From positions 3,373-67,372 of the forward strand of contig JAKPTZ010000004.1 in assembly GCA_029555025.1 (NCBI GenBank): a DNA stretch of 64,000 nt. The letters run 5' to 3'. Below the pieces are notes generated by a model, which saw nothing but the letters and a program-made list of their open reading frames with translations, was not told where the DNA came from and searched no databases. Within the stretch, counting starts at the first letter, position 1. Each line of letters opens with the position of its first letter. This DNA comes from Deltaproteobacteria bacterium. GTDB taxonomy: Bacteria; Myxococcota_A; UBA9042; DTJE01. The position numbers were made by a program, and so were the translations under genes. Positions 18,285-28,224 of the stretch are shown one piece after another.

Positions 18285-21044
18285 ATGAAGTCAGTAATCG
18301 TTTCAGGAGTCGCCTTTTCGCTGCTTTTCGCGGCATGCGGGGAAACAAAAATGAAGGATGAAAAATCCGGCGCCTCGGAAGTCACCGTTAATCCGGTGAA
18401 GAATCCGGCCATTGAAACGTTCGATCTGCCGAATGGCCTGAAGGTGTTCATGGTCGTTGACAAGTCGGCGCCGCTGGTCGCCGTCGATATCAACTACCAC
18501 GTCGGTTCCCGGAACGAACGTCCCGGCAAGACCGGGTTCGCGCACCTGTTTGAACACATGATGTTCCAGGGATCAAAACATTACGACGACGATTACTTCA
18601 AGCCCCTGCAGGACGTGGGCGGCCAGGTCAACGGCGCGACCAGCACCGACCGGACCCGTTACTGGGAAATCGTCCCGTCGGCATGGCTCGAGCGGGCGTT
18701 GTGGCTTGAGTCCGACCGCATGGCGTACCTGCTCGACGCGATGACCCAGGAACGGCTGGACAACCAGAAGTCAGTAGTTTCGAACGAGCGTCGCCAGAAC
18801 TATGACAACAGGCCGTACGGGACGGTGTGGGAAAAGATGGCGGCAGCCCTTTACCCGCCCCAGCACCCATATTCCTGGCTTACGATCGGTTCGCTCGCCG
18901 ATATCAACGCAGCGACCCGCGAGGACGTGGCCGAGTTCTTCAAGACCTGGTACACGCCGAACAACGCAACGCTCGCCATCGTCGGCGACATTGACATTCA
19001 GGCCACGAAGGAGCTTGTGACGAAGTATTTCGGCGCGATTCCACCCGGGCCGGCCGTTTCGGCGGTTGGTAAGTGGCCGGTTCGCCTTGAGTCCGACATC
19101 GTCCTGGATATCAAGGATCGCGTGCAGCTTCCGCGTACTTACATCACATGGCCGACGGTCGGGTTCTTTGATGCCGACGAGGCCGCCCTGGACGTGTTCG
19201 GGATGGTTTTTGGCGGTGGCCGGACGTCGCGGCTTTACCAGGATCTGGTCTATACGCGGCAGATCGCCCAGGACGCCATGGCGGGCCAGCGCAGCAGCCA
19301 GATCGCCGGCGTTTTCGACATCATGCTGACCCCGCGTCCGGGCGTGGATCCGCTTGAACTCGAAAAGGCGGCGCTTGAAATCCTGGACGAAATGCTGAAA
19401 AACGGCATCACCGAGGACGAGATGTCCCGCGCCAGGACTTCAATTGCTTCATCCTTCATACGCGACATGGAAAATATCGGCGGTTTTGGCGGCCTGGCCG
19501 ACCGGATCAACGCCTATCAGCACATGCTCGGCAGGCCGGACGGTTTTGCGGCCGACCTGCAGAGGTACCTTGACCTTGACAGGGGCGACGTAACCAGGGT
19601 TGCCGCCCGTTACCTGTCGGGCGCCAGGGTGATTGCCCGCGTGCTTCCCGCCGGGGAGAACGCGCCCACCGGCCCCGATGCCGCCGATCGCACGGCGCTT
19701 CCTGGAAAGGGAACCGATCGTGCTTTCGATCTGCCGGATCGCCAGGTTTTTGAGCTGGAGAACGGGCTTCAGGTCGTGCTGGTCCAGCAGTCCCGCGTGC
19801 CGCTTGTTGGATTCGATCTGATCGTTCCAGGCGGCAACGGTCTTGATCCGGCCGGCAGGGAAGGGCTGGCGTCGCTTACGGCGGCCATGCTCAGTGAAGG
19901 TTGCGCGGACATGGACTCCGAGACCTTCGCGAAGCGGATCGAGGCCCTGGGCGCGTCCCTTAACGCGGATGCGGACGTGGATTGCTGGTTCGTCGGCGGG
20001 TCCGCCGTCACGACGACTTTCCGGGATCTGCTCGATCTGGCCTTCAAGATGGTTTCCGCCCCGACAATGGATCCGGCGGAACTGGAACGCCAGAGGGCCG
20101 AGCGCCTGACCCGCCTGACCCAGCTTCTTGACATGCCGCAGTACACTGCCATGGTTGCGGCCCAGAGGGCCGTGTATGGCGACCATCCGTACGGGCGTCC
20201 GTCCGCGGGAACCCCGGAATCCGTCAAGGCAATTACGATACAGGATGTCCGCGCGACCTGGGCCGACTGGTTCCAGCCGAAGAATGCGGTTCTGATCGTC
20301 GTCGGTGACATCGACCGGGACACCCTGGCACGTTACCTGAACGAAACCGCGTCCGCGTGGAAGAACGACGGGGAAGTCCCCGATGCCCGCCTTGCGCCGT
20401 CGAAACCTGTTGCCGCAACGGTCAACGTGGTTGACATGCCTGGCGCCCATCAGTCGGTCATCATCGTCGGCGGTCCCGCGCCGGCACGCCGCGGCACTGA
20501 CGTCGCGACGCTGAATGTCCTGAATTCAACGATCGGCGGCAAGTTCGTGTCACGCTTGAACCTGAACCTGCGCGAGGACAAGGGTTACACCTATGGAGCC
20601 CGTTCCGCGTTCGAAATGCACGGTTGGGGCGGCATGTTCCAGGCTTCCGCGTCAGTCGCGACCGATGTTACCGGGGCCGCCACGGCCGAAATCCTTCGCG
20701 AACTGAACGAGATCGGCTCGACGCGGCCGGTCACCCCGGAGGAATTGAAGTATTCAGTCGACGCGATCGTGAACGGTTACAGCCAGCGGTTCAGTTCGAT
20801 CGAGAAGGTGGCTTCGGAGCTGCTTGAAACGTACCTGTACGGACTTGGCGCCGACGATATCGAACTCTATCCGTCCCAGGTCGCCACGGTCACGACCGAT
20901 CAGGTCACCGCAGCCGCCAGAACCCATCTGGCCCCGGAATACCTTTCCATCACCATCGCCGGCGACGCGGGCAAGGTCGTTCCCCAGCTTCGCCAGATCC
21001 TTGGCGACCGCCCCATCAACATCATCAAGCGCACCACTCCGTAA
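18285..21044 (+). CDS. M16 family zinc peptidase (tandem M16 halves), lipoprotein
   Basis: Lipoprotein signal SLLFAAC. Inverzincin motif HLFEHMMFQGS and downstream E. 919 aa, consistent with two fused M16 units. AAGGA RBS. Confidence 0.85.
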   Translation: MKSVIVSGVAFSLLFAACGETKMKDEKSGASEVTVNPVKNPAIETFDLPNGLKVFMVVDKSAPLVAVDINYHVGSRNERPGKTGFAHLFEHMMFQGSKHYDDDYFKPLQDVGGQVNGATSTDRTRYWEIVPSAWLERALWLESDRMAYLLDAMTQERLDNQKSVVSNERRQNYDNRPYGTVWEKMAAALYPPQHPYSWLTIGSLADINAATREDVAEFFKTWYTPNNATLAIVGDIDIQATKELVTKYFGAIPPGPAVSAVGKWPVRLESDIVLDIKDRVQLPRTYITWPTVGFFDADEAALDVFGMVFGGGRTSRLYQDLVYTRQIAQDAMAGQRSSQIAGVFDIMLTPRPGVDPLELEKAALEILDEMLKNGITEDEMSRARTSIASSFIRDMENIGGFGGLADRINAYQHMLGRPDGFAADLQRYLDLDRGDVTRVAARYLSGARVIARVLPAGENAPTGPDAADRTALPGKGTDRAFDLPDRQVFELENGLQVVLVQQSRVPLVGFDLIVPGGNGLDPAGREGLASLTAAMLSEGCADMDSETFAKRIEALGASLNADADVDCWFVGGSAVTTTFRDLLDLAFKMVSAPTMDPAELERQRAERLTRLTQLLDMPQYTAMVAAQRAVYGDHPYGRPSAGTPESVKAITIQDVRATWADWFQPKNAVLIVVGDIDRDTLARYLNETASAWKNDGEVPDARLAPSKPVAATVNVVDMPGAHQSVIIVGGPAPARRGTDVATLNVLNSTIGGKFVSRLNLNLREDKGYTYGARSAFEMHGWGGMFQASASVATDVTGAATAEILRELNEIGSTRPVTPEELKYSVDAIVNGYSQRFSSIEKVASELLETYLYGLGADDIELYPSQVATVTTDQVTAAARTHLAPEYLSITIAGDAGKVVPQLRQILGDRPINIIKRTTP

Positions 21045-21090
21045 CGGCCCGCCTGCGTGAAGATTCGTCCGTCTCGATCCTGCCCGATCC

Positions 21091-21114
21091 GTACGGGCGA
21101 ATGAAAATTCGCCC
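21091..21114 (-). repeat. REP-like element type A (reverse orientation: GTAC-GGGCGAAT-GAAA-ATTCGCCC)
   Basis: Exact reverse complement of the 3777 element. It is embedded in a longer conserved unit cgatccgtacgggcgaatgaaaattcgcccg. Confidence 0.7.
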
Positions 21115-21260
21115 GTGGGGCCCTTCGCTTCGCTCAGGGATCGAGGAGCTGCCGTACGCCCCCCGTCTGACGCAGTCGTGCCTGTGGCCGGCCATGAAGT
21201 GTCCGGTTCGAGGGGCCTCACCGGAGCACTTATGGGCCGGCCCGATCCGCCCTACGATCC

Positions 21261-21284
21261 GTACGGGCGAATGAAAATTCGCCC
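21261..21284 (-). repeat. REP-like element type A (reverse orientation), second copy
   Basis: Identical 31-bp unit to the copy at 21091. It lies between the M16 peptidase gene and copA. Confidence 0.7.
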
Positions 21285-21297
21285 GCCTGCTTTCCTT

Positions 21298-21320
21298 GTA
21301 CGGGCGGATTACATCCGCCC
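21298..21320 (-). repeat. REP-like element type B (GTAC-GGGCGGAT-TAC-ATCCGCCC)
   Basis: Variant with a one-nt stem change (GGGCGGAT) and a 3-nt loop. It sits directly beside the type A copy. Confidence 0.65.
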
Positions 21321-21444
21321 GCTGCGGTCGAGCAGAATGACTTCCATCGCGCCCGATGCTTCTGTAAGTGTGGATTGACTTCCTGGTCAACAGGACAAAT
21401 TCTATCCTCGTTCATTGGGCGGAACGGCCCCGGGATGTGCAGTG

Positions 21445-23667
21445 ATGAACGGAAAGAAAATTGATCTGCCAGTAATCGGGATGTCTTGCGCACACTGCGC
21501 GGCCACCGTTGAAAAGACCCTGGTCAGGGATGTGCCCGGCGTGTCCTCTGCTGTGGTGAATCTGGCAACTGAAAGTGTCGCCGTGACATTCGACGAACGT
21601 ACTACTTCACCGCAGGCGATGGCCGACGCCGTTGCCAGGGCGGGTTTCAAGCTGGTACTGCCCAGCCTGGACGACGTCGAAACGAACGCGCGCAGGCAAA
21701 ACGAGCGAAGGATCAGGCGGGAGCTTCTGGTCGGAATTGTTTTCGCATTACCCCTGCTCGTCCTTTCAATGGGTTCCGACTTCGGCCTTCTGGGCGGGCT
21801 GTCGCATGCCCCCTGGCTGGGATGGATTTACCTGACGCTTGCAACCCCGGTACAGTTCATCACTGGAGCATCCTTTTACATCGGAGCCTATCGGGCCGTC
21901 AGGAACCGCGCCCTGGATATGGACGTGCTGGTCGCCCTGGGCTCGACCGTCGCCTATGTCTATTCCCTGGTGCTTCTGGTGACACCCGGCCACGAACACC
22001 TGTACTTTGAAACGTCCGCCATGATTGTCGTGCTGATAAAGGTCGGCAAGATGCTCGAGGCCAGATCCCGAGCGGTCGCTGCACGGTCGATCAAGAGCCT
22101 TCTTGATTCAGCGCCTGATACCGCGTCGGTTATCGGCCCGGACGGCCAGGAGCGCCCCATCGCTGTCGCCGCACTTTCCGTTGGTGATCTTGTAATGGTT
22201 CGTCCCGGCGAAAAGGTTCCGGTTGACGGAACTGTCGTTTCCGGAGCCTCGGCCGTCGATGAAAGCATGGTGACCGGCGAGCCGATTCCCGTCGATAAGG
22301 TTCCCGGGGACATTGTATTTGGCGGAACAATGAATGCGGAAGGGCTCCTTACCGTCCGTGCGACCGGTGTCGGCGCGGATTCCCTGCTGGCCCGCATAGG
22401 CGCAATGGTCGCCAGGGCCCAGGCCAGCAAGGCCCCCATCCAGCGCTTCGCCGATCGGGTTGCCGCCGTTTTCGTCCCGGTAATCCTGGTAACGGCCGCC
22501 GTCACCTTCACTTTCTGGATGCTCTGGACCGACGGCGATATCCAGCTTGCAGTAATGCGTTCAATCGCCGTGCTGGTCATCGCGTGCCCCTGTGCGATGG
22601 GACTTGCCACGCCGATGGCCGTCATGGTCGGAATGGGGAGGGGCGCCCGCGGCGGAATCCTGTTCAGGGACGCAGCCACAATGGAGATGCTTCACAAGGT
22701 CACAGCAATCGCCTTCGACAAGACCGGCACCTTGACCCAGGGCCGTCCCGAGATCGCCGCATGGGTTTCGACCCCTGGATGGGAACAGACTGGGCTTGAA
22801 CTTGCCGCCGGCGCGGAATCCGGTTCCGGTCACCCGCTTGCACAGGCCGTGGTTCGGTATGCCCGCAGCCTGGATGTCTCCGTTCCGCCACCCTCCGACT
22901 TCCAGGCGACCCCTGGCATCGGTGTTCGCGCGACGGTTTCCGAACATGCCGTCCAGGTTGGCAACCCGCGTCGTCTTGACGGCATCGCTATCCCCGACTG
23001 GATGGCCGACAGGATGCACGGGCTTGAATCCATGGGCCATTCCGTCCTGGCCGTGTTGGTTGACGGCGAAACGGTCGGTCTTTTCTTCCTGGCCGATCAG
23101 CTTCGACCGACCGCCGTCGGCGCCGTCGCCGAGATGCGGGAAATGGGACTCAACCTTTCCATGCTGACCGGCGACAACGCATCCGCTGCCGCCCGGGTCG
23201 CCGCCGCTGCTGGAATCGCGGTTCACCAGTCCGGCATGATGCCCGCCGACAAAGAGGCCGCCATCGCCGAACTTCAGCAAGGCGGCCATCGGGTCGCCAT
23301 GGTCGGCGACGGCATCAACGACACGCCCGCACTGGCGCGGGCCGATATCGGAATCGCCCCCGGCGCCGGGGCCGCCGCCGCAATCGAAACCGCCGACGTG
23401 ACACTTGTGGGCAGCGACCTGACCCTGGTTGCCCGCGCCGTGAAGCTGTCCCGCGCAACCATCCGCAAGATCCGCCAGAACCTTTTCTGGGCTTTCTTCT
23501 TCAACGTACTGTGCGTCCCAATCGCCGCGGGCGTCTTCCACGGCGTCGAATGGATGCCCGCCATGCTGCGCGACCTTAACCCCATGCTCGCCGCCACCGC
23601 CATGGCCTTTTCCGACATCATCGTCATCGGCAACAGCCTCCGCCTGAACCACGTCCGGCTGCCTTGA
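21445..23667 (+). CDS. copA: Copper-translocating P1B-type ATPase
   Basis: N-terminal HMA domain with GMSCAHC. TM CPC motif ([11 protein letters not shown]), DKTGTLT phosphorylation site, [10 protein letters not shown] hinge. The ATG at 21445 is preferred over the upstream extension. Confidence 0.9.
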   Translation: MNGKKIDLPVIGMSCAHCAATVEKTLVRDVPGVSSAVVNLATESVAVTFDERTTSPQAMADAVARAGFKLVLPSLDDVETNARRQNERRIRRELLVGIVFALPLLVLSMGSDFGLLGGLSHAPWLGWIYLTLATPVQFITGASFYIGAYRAVRNRALDMDVLVALGSTVAYVYSLVLLVTPGHEHLYFETSAMIVVLIKVGKMLEARSRAVAARSIKSLLDSAPDTASVIGPDGQERPIAVAALSVGDLVMVRPGEKVPVDGTVVSGASAVDESMVTGEPIPVDKVPGDIVFGGTMNAEGLLTVRATGVGADSLLARIGAMVARAQASKAPIQRFADRVAAVFVPVILVTAAVTFTFWMLWTDGDIQLAVMRSIAVLVIACPCAMGLATPMAVMVGMGRGARGGILFRDAATMEMLHKVTAIAFDKTGTLTQGRPEIAAWVSTPGWEQTGLELAAGAESGSGHPLAQAVVRYARSLDVSVPPPSDFQATPGIGVRATVSEHAVQVGNPRRLDGIAIPDWMADRMHGLESMGHSVLAVLVDGETVGLFFLADQLRPTAVGAVAEMREMGLNLSMLTGDNASAAARVAAAAGIAVHQSGMMPADKEAAIAELQQGGHRVAMVGDGINDTPALARADIGIAPGAGAAAAIETADVTLVGSDLTLVARAVKLSRATIRKIRQNLFWAFFFNVLCVPIAAGVFHGVEWMPAMLRDLNPMLAATAMAFSDIIVIGNSLRLNHVRLP

Positions 23668-23690
23668 TCTTCCCTTGGCCTTGTGCAGGC

Positions 23691-23714
23691 GGGCGAATTC
23701 TCATTCGCCCGTAC
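23691..23714 (+). repeat. REP-like element type A (GGGCGAAT-TCTC-ATTCGCCC-GTAC)
   Basis: Begins 24 bp after the copA stop. Same stem as the 3777 copy, with loop TCTC. Confidence 0.7.
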
Positions 23715-23770
23715 GGATAGCGGGCAGGGAAGCGATGGGCGCGATGGACGGCATCCTGCTCGACCGCGGC

Positions 23771-23793
23771 GGGCGGATGTAATCCGCCCGTAC
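23771..23793 (+). repeat. REP-like element type B (GGGCGGAT-GTA-ATCCGCCC-GTACAAG)
   Basis: First of two identical 32-bp units cgcggcgggcggatgtaatccgcccgtacaag. Confidence 0.7.
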
Positions 23794-23841
23794 AAGGAAG
23801 GGATGCAGGCAGGTAGAACTGGCAACTTGCAGTGCCGCGGC

Positions 23842-23864
23842 GGGCGGATGTAATCCGCCCGTAC
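23842..23864 (+). repeat. REP-like element type B, second copy
   Basis: Identical to the 23771 unit. A half-element GGGCGAAT at 23904-23911 abuts the stop codon of the M2 peptidase gene. Confidence 0.7.
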
Positions 23865-23911
23865 AAGAGCAACGGCGCACAACGCCCAGACAAAGCCGGA
23901 GGCGGGCGAAT

Positions 23912-25669
23912 TTACTGGACTTCAGCGACGAAGGCGTCGGGGGTGAAGGGCTTGCCGAAGGCGGTCTTGACGAACTCGGGCCAGGGCTGTGTCATGCCGG
24001 GCTCGAAGATCTGGGCGATGATGAAGCGACCGAAGTCGGCCTTGCCGACGAAGTCGAGTTCGCTGGCGGGACCGGTGTGGGCGGCGATTTCGGACAGCTT
24101 GGCGCGCAGCATGGTCGCGAACAGTTCGCCCAGCAGATAGTTGTGGTAATAGACCGGCGCGATTGTGAAGTGCGGCTTGGCGGCCCAGTCGGCGGCCGTG
24201 CGCTCGGCCGGACGGACAAGACCCTGAAGTTCGACGACGCGGTCGTACCAGATCTTGTTAAGTTCCGGGTTGTCCGGGTTCGTGTACAGGTCCTTTTCAA
24301 AGAAGAACATGACCATCGCCCAGCGCGCGAAAATCAACTGTTCGCGCTTACGCTGCTTTGCCAGTTCCGGGGCGACCTTGTCAACCATGGCCGGGTCGGC
24401 CTTGGCGTATGCCTTCAGCCACGCCGGGTTCTTGGCCAGGGCGCCGAACAGCATCGCGATGCCCTCGGTGGTCAGGATGTGGGCCGCGTCGCGCAGGGCC
24501 CAGGGCAGCTTCGGGTTGTTGTACTTCGCGTATGCGGCGTGGCCGGCCTCGTGAAGCATCGTGTCCATCCACTCGGCGGTCGGCTTGACGTTCAGCAGCA
24601 TGCGGACGTCGCCCATGCGGTCGATGTCGGTGCAGAACGCGTGCTGGTCCTTGCCTTCGCGCTCGTAATAGTCGGAGTTGGCGATGATCTGGTCTATGGG
24701 CATGCCGATGTCGGTGTAAAACTTCTGGGCCAGCGTGACGATGTCTTCCTTTGCCATGTGCTTGTAGAAGATGTCCAGGTCAAGGTTCGGGGCGGGCGGC
24801 GCCTGCTGGAAGAACGGATTGTCGTAATGCCACGGCATCAGTTCCTCGGGCTTCATCCCGAACTTCGCGGCCAACTCGCGATCCAGTTCGCCTTTCATGT
24901 CGAAGAACGGCTTGTCGGTCTTTGCTTTCAGGTCTTCAAACAGCTTCACGACCATGTCCGGGTCGTGTTCCTGCATGCGCATGCGCATTTCCCAGTAATT
25001 GGCGTAACCCAGCAGTTTTGCCGCCTCGTTGCGCGTGCGGGCCAGGTCCAGCAGCATCGGTCCGACGACCGCGCCGACCTGCTTAAGGGCCTCCCAGGCC
25101 TGCTTGCGCTTCGCGGTGTCCGTTTCGGCGCCCAGGACGTCCAGAAGCTCGTTGTTCGAATATTTCTTTCCATCGATTTCGGCACGGTGGGTCTTGAAGG
25201 TCATTTCGATTTCCGACGACTTCTCGACCAGTTTCTTCAGCATGTCGGCCGGGAGCTGATTTTCCTTGTACGCAAGCTCGATGACCTCAAGGGCGCGGGC
25301 CGTTACCGGTTCCAGAAGGTTCCCGTGCTTGCGAAGCTGCTGCAACTTGGCGTACCGATCGGTATCCGACAGGTACTTGCGGACTTCCAGTTCCTTTGCC
25401 GCGTATTCGTCGAAGGAAGCCTTGTCGCCGGTGTTGGCGGCCTTCCAGTAGGCAAGGGCGGATTCCTTGTACAATCCGCCAACCACCGTGCCGTAGTCAT
25501 CAACGAAGTTGGACGCGACACGCTGGATTTCATCCTTGTTGACATCGGGTGCTGCCATCTTTTCGTGCTCCGGGGCCGCGGCGACCGGTGCCGGCGCGGG
25601 TGCTTCCTTTTTGCAGCCGACGGCGGCCGCGACAAACAGAACACACAATCCAAACATTACGTTCCGCAT
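23912..25669 (-). CDS. M2 family (ACE-like peptidyl-dipeptidase) zinc metallopeptidase, lipoprotein
   Basis: HEAGH zinc motif with downstream E and ACE-like length. Lipoprotein signal MRNVMFGLCVLFVAAAVGC. GGAGG RBS five nt before the ATG at 25669. Confidence 0.8.
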   Translation of the reverse strand: MRNVMFGLCVLFVAAAVGCKKEAPAPAPVAAAPEHEKMAAPDVNKDEIQRVASNFVDDYGTVVGGLYKESALAYWKAANTGDKASFDEYAAKELEVRKYLSDTDRYAKLQQLRKHGNLLEPVTARALEVIELAYKENQLPADMLKKLVEKSSEIEMTFKTHRAEIDGKKYSNNELLDVLGAETDTAKRKQAWEALKQVGAVVGPMLLDLARTRNEAAKLLGYANYWEMRMRMQEHDPDMVVKLFEDLKAKTDKPFFDMKGELDRELAAKFGMKPEELMPWHYDNPFFQQAPPAPNLDLDIFYKHMAKEDIVTLAQKFYTDIGMPIDQIIANSDYYEREGKDQHAFCTDIDRMGDVRMLLNVKPTAEWMDTMLHEAGHAAYAKYNNPKLPWALRDAAHILTTEGIAMLFGALAKNPAWLKAYAKADPAMVDKVAPELAKQRKREQLIFARWAMVMFFFEKDLYTNPDNPELNKIWYDRVVELQGLVRPAERTAADWAAKPHFTIAPVYYHNYLLGELFATMLRAKLSEIAAHTGPASELDFVGKADFGRFIIAQIFEPGMTQPWPEFVKTAFGKPFTPDAFVAEVQ

Positions 25670-25768
25670 CCTTTCCTCCAGACAGGGCGTTGACGGATCA
25701 TCATCCGGCGAAGCGATATCGTCAACCGGCAATGTGTCACTGGGGACGGCCGCTGGACAAAGAAGTTC

Positions 25769-27292
25769 TCAGGCCTGAACGGTGCAGGCGGGCAGGGCGA
25801 CTGTAACCTCGAATCCACCGTCCTTGCGGTTGGTGGCACTTACCGTTCCGCCGCAGGCAATAACCGCGGTCTTGACGATCGCAAGGCCAAGGCCCACACC
25901 GCCCGCTTCCCTGACTCGTGACTGCTCGACACGGAAGAATGGCTCAAAAAGCTGTGGGATGTCCTTTTCGGGGACTCCCGGCCCGCAGTCGGCAACTGTC
26001 ACGTACACGAATTGGCCCTTCTCCGATGCGGAAATCGCGATCGGCCCGGCATGGCCTGCGTACCTGACCGCGTTGCGGACAAGATTCGCGAAAATCCTTG
26101 AAACAAGGTCGCGATCGGCCATTACATCAATTCGTTCCGGGACATCGAAGGAAATCGCGATCGACTCGTCGGGAACCTCGCGATCGATCACTCTGGCAAT
26201 GACATCGAAGAGATTGACGCAATCGATGGTCACCCGCCCACTCACCGAATCCGAGCGGGAAAACGACAGAAGCCCGTTAACCAGTTCCGTCATCTGTTCG
26301 ACGTCATCCTTCAATTGGGCAACGCGTTGTCGCCCCTTTTCATCGACCGACTCCTCCAGAAGTCCGATGGCAAGCTGCATTCTTGCAAGGGGGGATGCAA
26401 GCTCGTGCGCGGCATCCCCAAGGAACCGCTTCTGACCGTAAATCATCAATGCAAGCCTGTCGGCCATGTTGTTGATTGCCCGACCGAGGCGGCCCAACTC
26501 GTCCGTGCGCCGGGACCCGACCCTGCTGTCAAAGACGCCGCGTGCAATCTTTTCCGTGACTTCGGTCATCTGCCGGATTGGAACTGTCAGATGACGAACC
26601 ATCGGTATCCAGAGAAGCGTCGAAATGATCATTCCAAGAACCGCAAGTATTGCCCACGGGGTTGGATCGATGAAAAGGCCGTTGCCGGTGACCGAACTTG
26701 ATCGCCCCACCAGTACAAGCTCGCGCTGGCTTCCGGGTGAAACGCGAAGACCGGGCAGCCGCATCACGGCCCAGTAGAAATTGGGCTGGGATGTCTTCAT
26801 CTTGAAGCTTGGATGCCTCTGATCAGGCAGGCCATATCCCCCCGACGAACAGAAAGGGCAGTGACCATTGGAAATCCGGCAGAACAGATCGTGGCCGGGA
26901 TGATCGCCCGGCTGCGCTTCAGTCCTGGGGTGGTTTTCATCCGTGCGAAGGCCGAACTGCTCGACCATCCTTGCGCGAAGCGCAACGGGAAGGGAAACGC
27001 GGGGCCCCGCGACCCATTCGCCGCCCACATCGAAGATCGAGACGTCAACACCATAAATGCCTGAATACCTTTCAAGCTCTTCCGACCACCGGTCAACCTG
27101 GAAGTCCGAAAGATCCTTCATCAGGCTCAGCCCCAGGATTGGAATGCGGTTCGGACTTCTGGAGTACAGGACCGAGTCCGGGCCAACCCGGAAGTCCAGG
27201 TCGAACGCGTACCAGACAATGCCACCGCCGATCAGCAGATTGACGAAAAACCAGAAAAGAATTTTTGCGAAAAGACTGATCCGTCGGGCCAT
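25769..27292 (-). CDS. Sensor histidine kinase (two TM helices, periplasmic His/Cys-rich sensor, HAMP, HisKA, HATPase_c)
   Basis: H-box AAHELASPLARMQ. N/G1/G2 boxes (LVRNAVRYAG, DCGPGV, GGVGLGLAIV). Periplasmic loop contains HPGHDLFCRISNGHCPFC. Confidence 0.85.
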   Translation of the reverse strand: MARRISLFAKILFWFFVNLLIGGGIVWYAFDLDFRVGPDSVLYSRSPNRIPILGLSLMKDLSDFQVDRWSEELERYSGIYGVDVSIFDVGGEWVAGPRVSLPVALRARMVEQFGLRTDENHPRTEAQPGDHPGHDLFCRISNGHCPFCSSGGYGLPDQRHPSFKMKTSQPNFYWAVMRLPGLRVSPGSQRELVLVGRSSSVTGNGLFIDPTPWAILAVLGMIISTLLWIPMVRHLTVPIRQMTEVTEKIARGVFDSRVGSRRTDELGRLGRAINNMADRLALMIYGQKRFLGDAAHELASPLARMQLAIGLLEESVDEKGRQRVAQLKDDVEQMTELVNGLLSFSRSDSVSGRVTIDCVNLFDVIARVIDREVPDESIAISFDVPERIDVMADRDLVSRIFANLVRNAVRYAGHAGPIAISASEKGQFVYVTVADCGPGVPEKDIPQLFEPFFRVEQSRVREAGGVGLGLAIVKTAVIACGGTVSATNRKDGGFEVTVALPACTVQA

Positions 27293-27295
27293 CCA

Positions 27296-28024
27296 TTACT
27301 CCTGCTCAGGATCAATGAACATATAGCCGATGGATCTTACAGTTTTAATGAACTTCGGACACCGTGGGTCGTCGTTCAATTTTCGTCGAAGTGAAGAAAC
27401 ATGCACGTCGATGGATCTGTCATAAACGTCGTAGTCGCGGCCCGAAACGCGATCCAGAAGCTGATCCCGGGAAAGAACGCGCCCGGGCGAGCGCGCGAGC
27501 TGGAAAAGAAGCTCGAATTCCACCGGGGTCAGATCAATCGGTTCATTGTTCAGTCGGGCCACCCTGGCAAGGTGATCGACGCGAACCGGGCCAACCTCGA
27601 CGATCTGATCGGACAGGGCTCGATTGACCGAACCGGTGCCCGCGCGGCGAATCACAGCGCGCAGCCGGGCAAGGAGTTCCCGGGTTGAAAAGGTTTTGGG
27701 CACGTAGTCGTCGGCGCCCATCTCGAGGCCGACGATGCGATCGGTCTCATCGCCGCGGGACGTGAGCATCAAAACCGGGGTATTGACCTCGCGGCGAAGC
27801 TGCTGAAGAACCTCGAACCCGTCCATTCCGGGCAGCATCACGTCAAGAATGATTGCCTTGAAGTCACCCTTCATCGCGGCATCGAGGCCGGCGGGCCCGC
27901 TGAAGGCCGCCGCCACGTCATACCCATGCGGGGCAAGATAGTCCCGGACAAGCGAACAAAGCTTCTGGTCGTCGTCGATAATCAGGATGCGCGCCGGTTT
28001 CTCCGAAAAACCTTCATTTCGCAT
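27296..28024 (-). CDS. OmpR/PhoB-family response regulator
   Basis: Receiver domain (ILIIDDD...D..MPGMDG...K) plus a winged-helix output domain (LTPVEFELL..., RSIGYMF). It is 3 bp upstream of the kinase gene, in an operon. ATG at 28024. Confidence 0.85.
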   Translation of the reverse strand: MRNEGFSEKPARILIIDDDQKLCSLVRDYLAPHGYDVAAAFSGPAGLDAAMKGDFKAIILDVMLPGMDGFEVLQQLRREVNTPVLMLTSRGDETDRIVGLEMGADDYVPKTFSTRELLARLRAVIRRAGTGSVNRALSDQIVEVGPVRVDHLARVARLNNEPIDLTPVEFELLFQLARSPGRVLSRDQLLDRVSGRDYDVYDRSIDVHVSSLRRKLNDDPRCPKFIKTVRSIGYMFIDPEQE

Positions 28025-28224
28025 GGACAACCCCTCTGCCGCAATGAGCGGACGCAACTGCGTTAGATTTTACAATACAGTGCGGCGTTAAATGGGCAAT
28101 TCCAATTACACTAAATTTACAAAAGGATTTGAAGATCAATCTGGACAAATTGAATCCGCTTTATATTATTAACGGTACCGTCGCGACGGTCGCAGGCGGT
28201 GCTCTGCTGTTGTCTGGAGGAGTG

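Noticed and set aside
21091-23864. Repeats considered as a possible CRISPR array
   Set aside because: Units are palindromic hairpins, irregularly spaced and in both orientations. There are no cas genes. They fit REP-like elements, not CRISPR.
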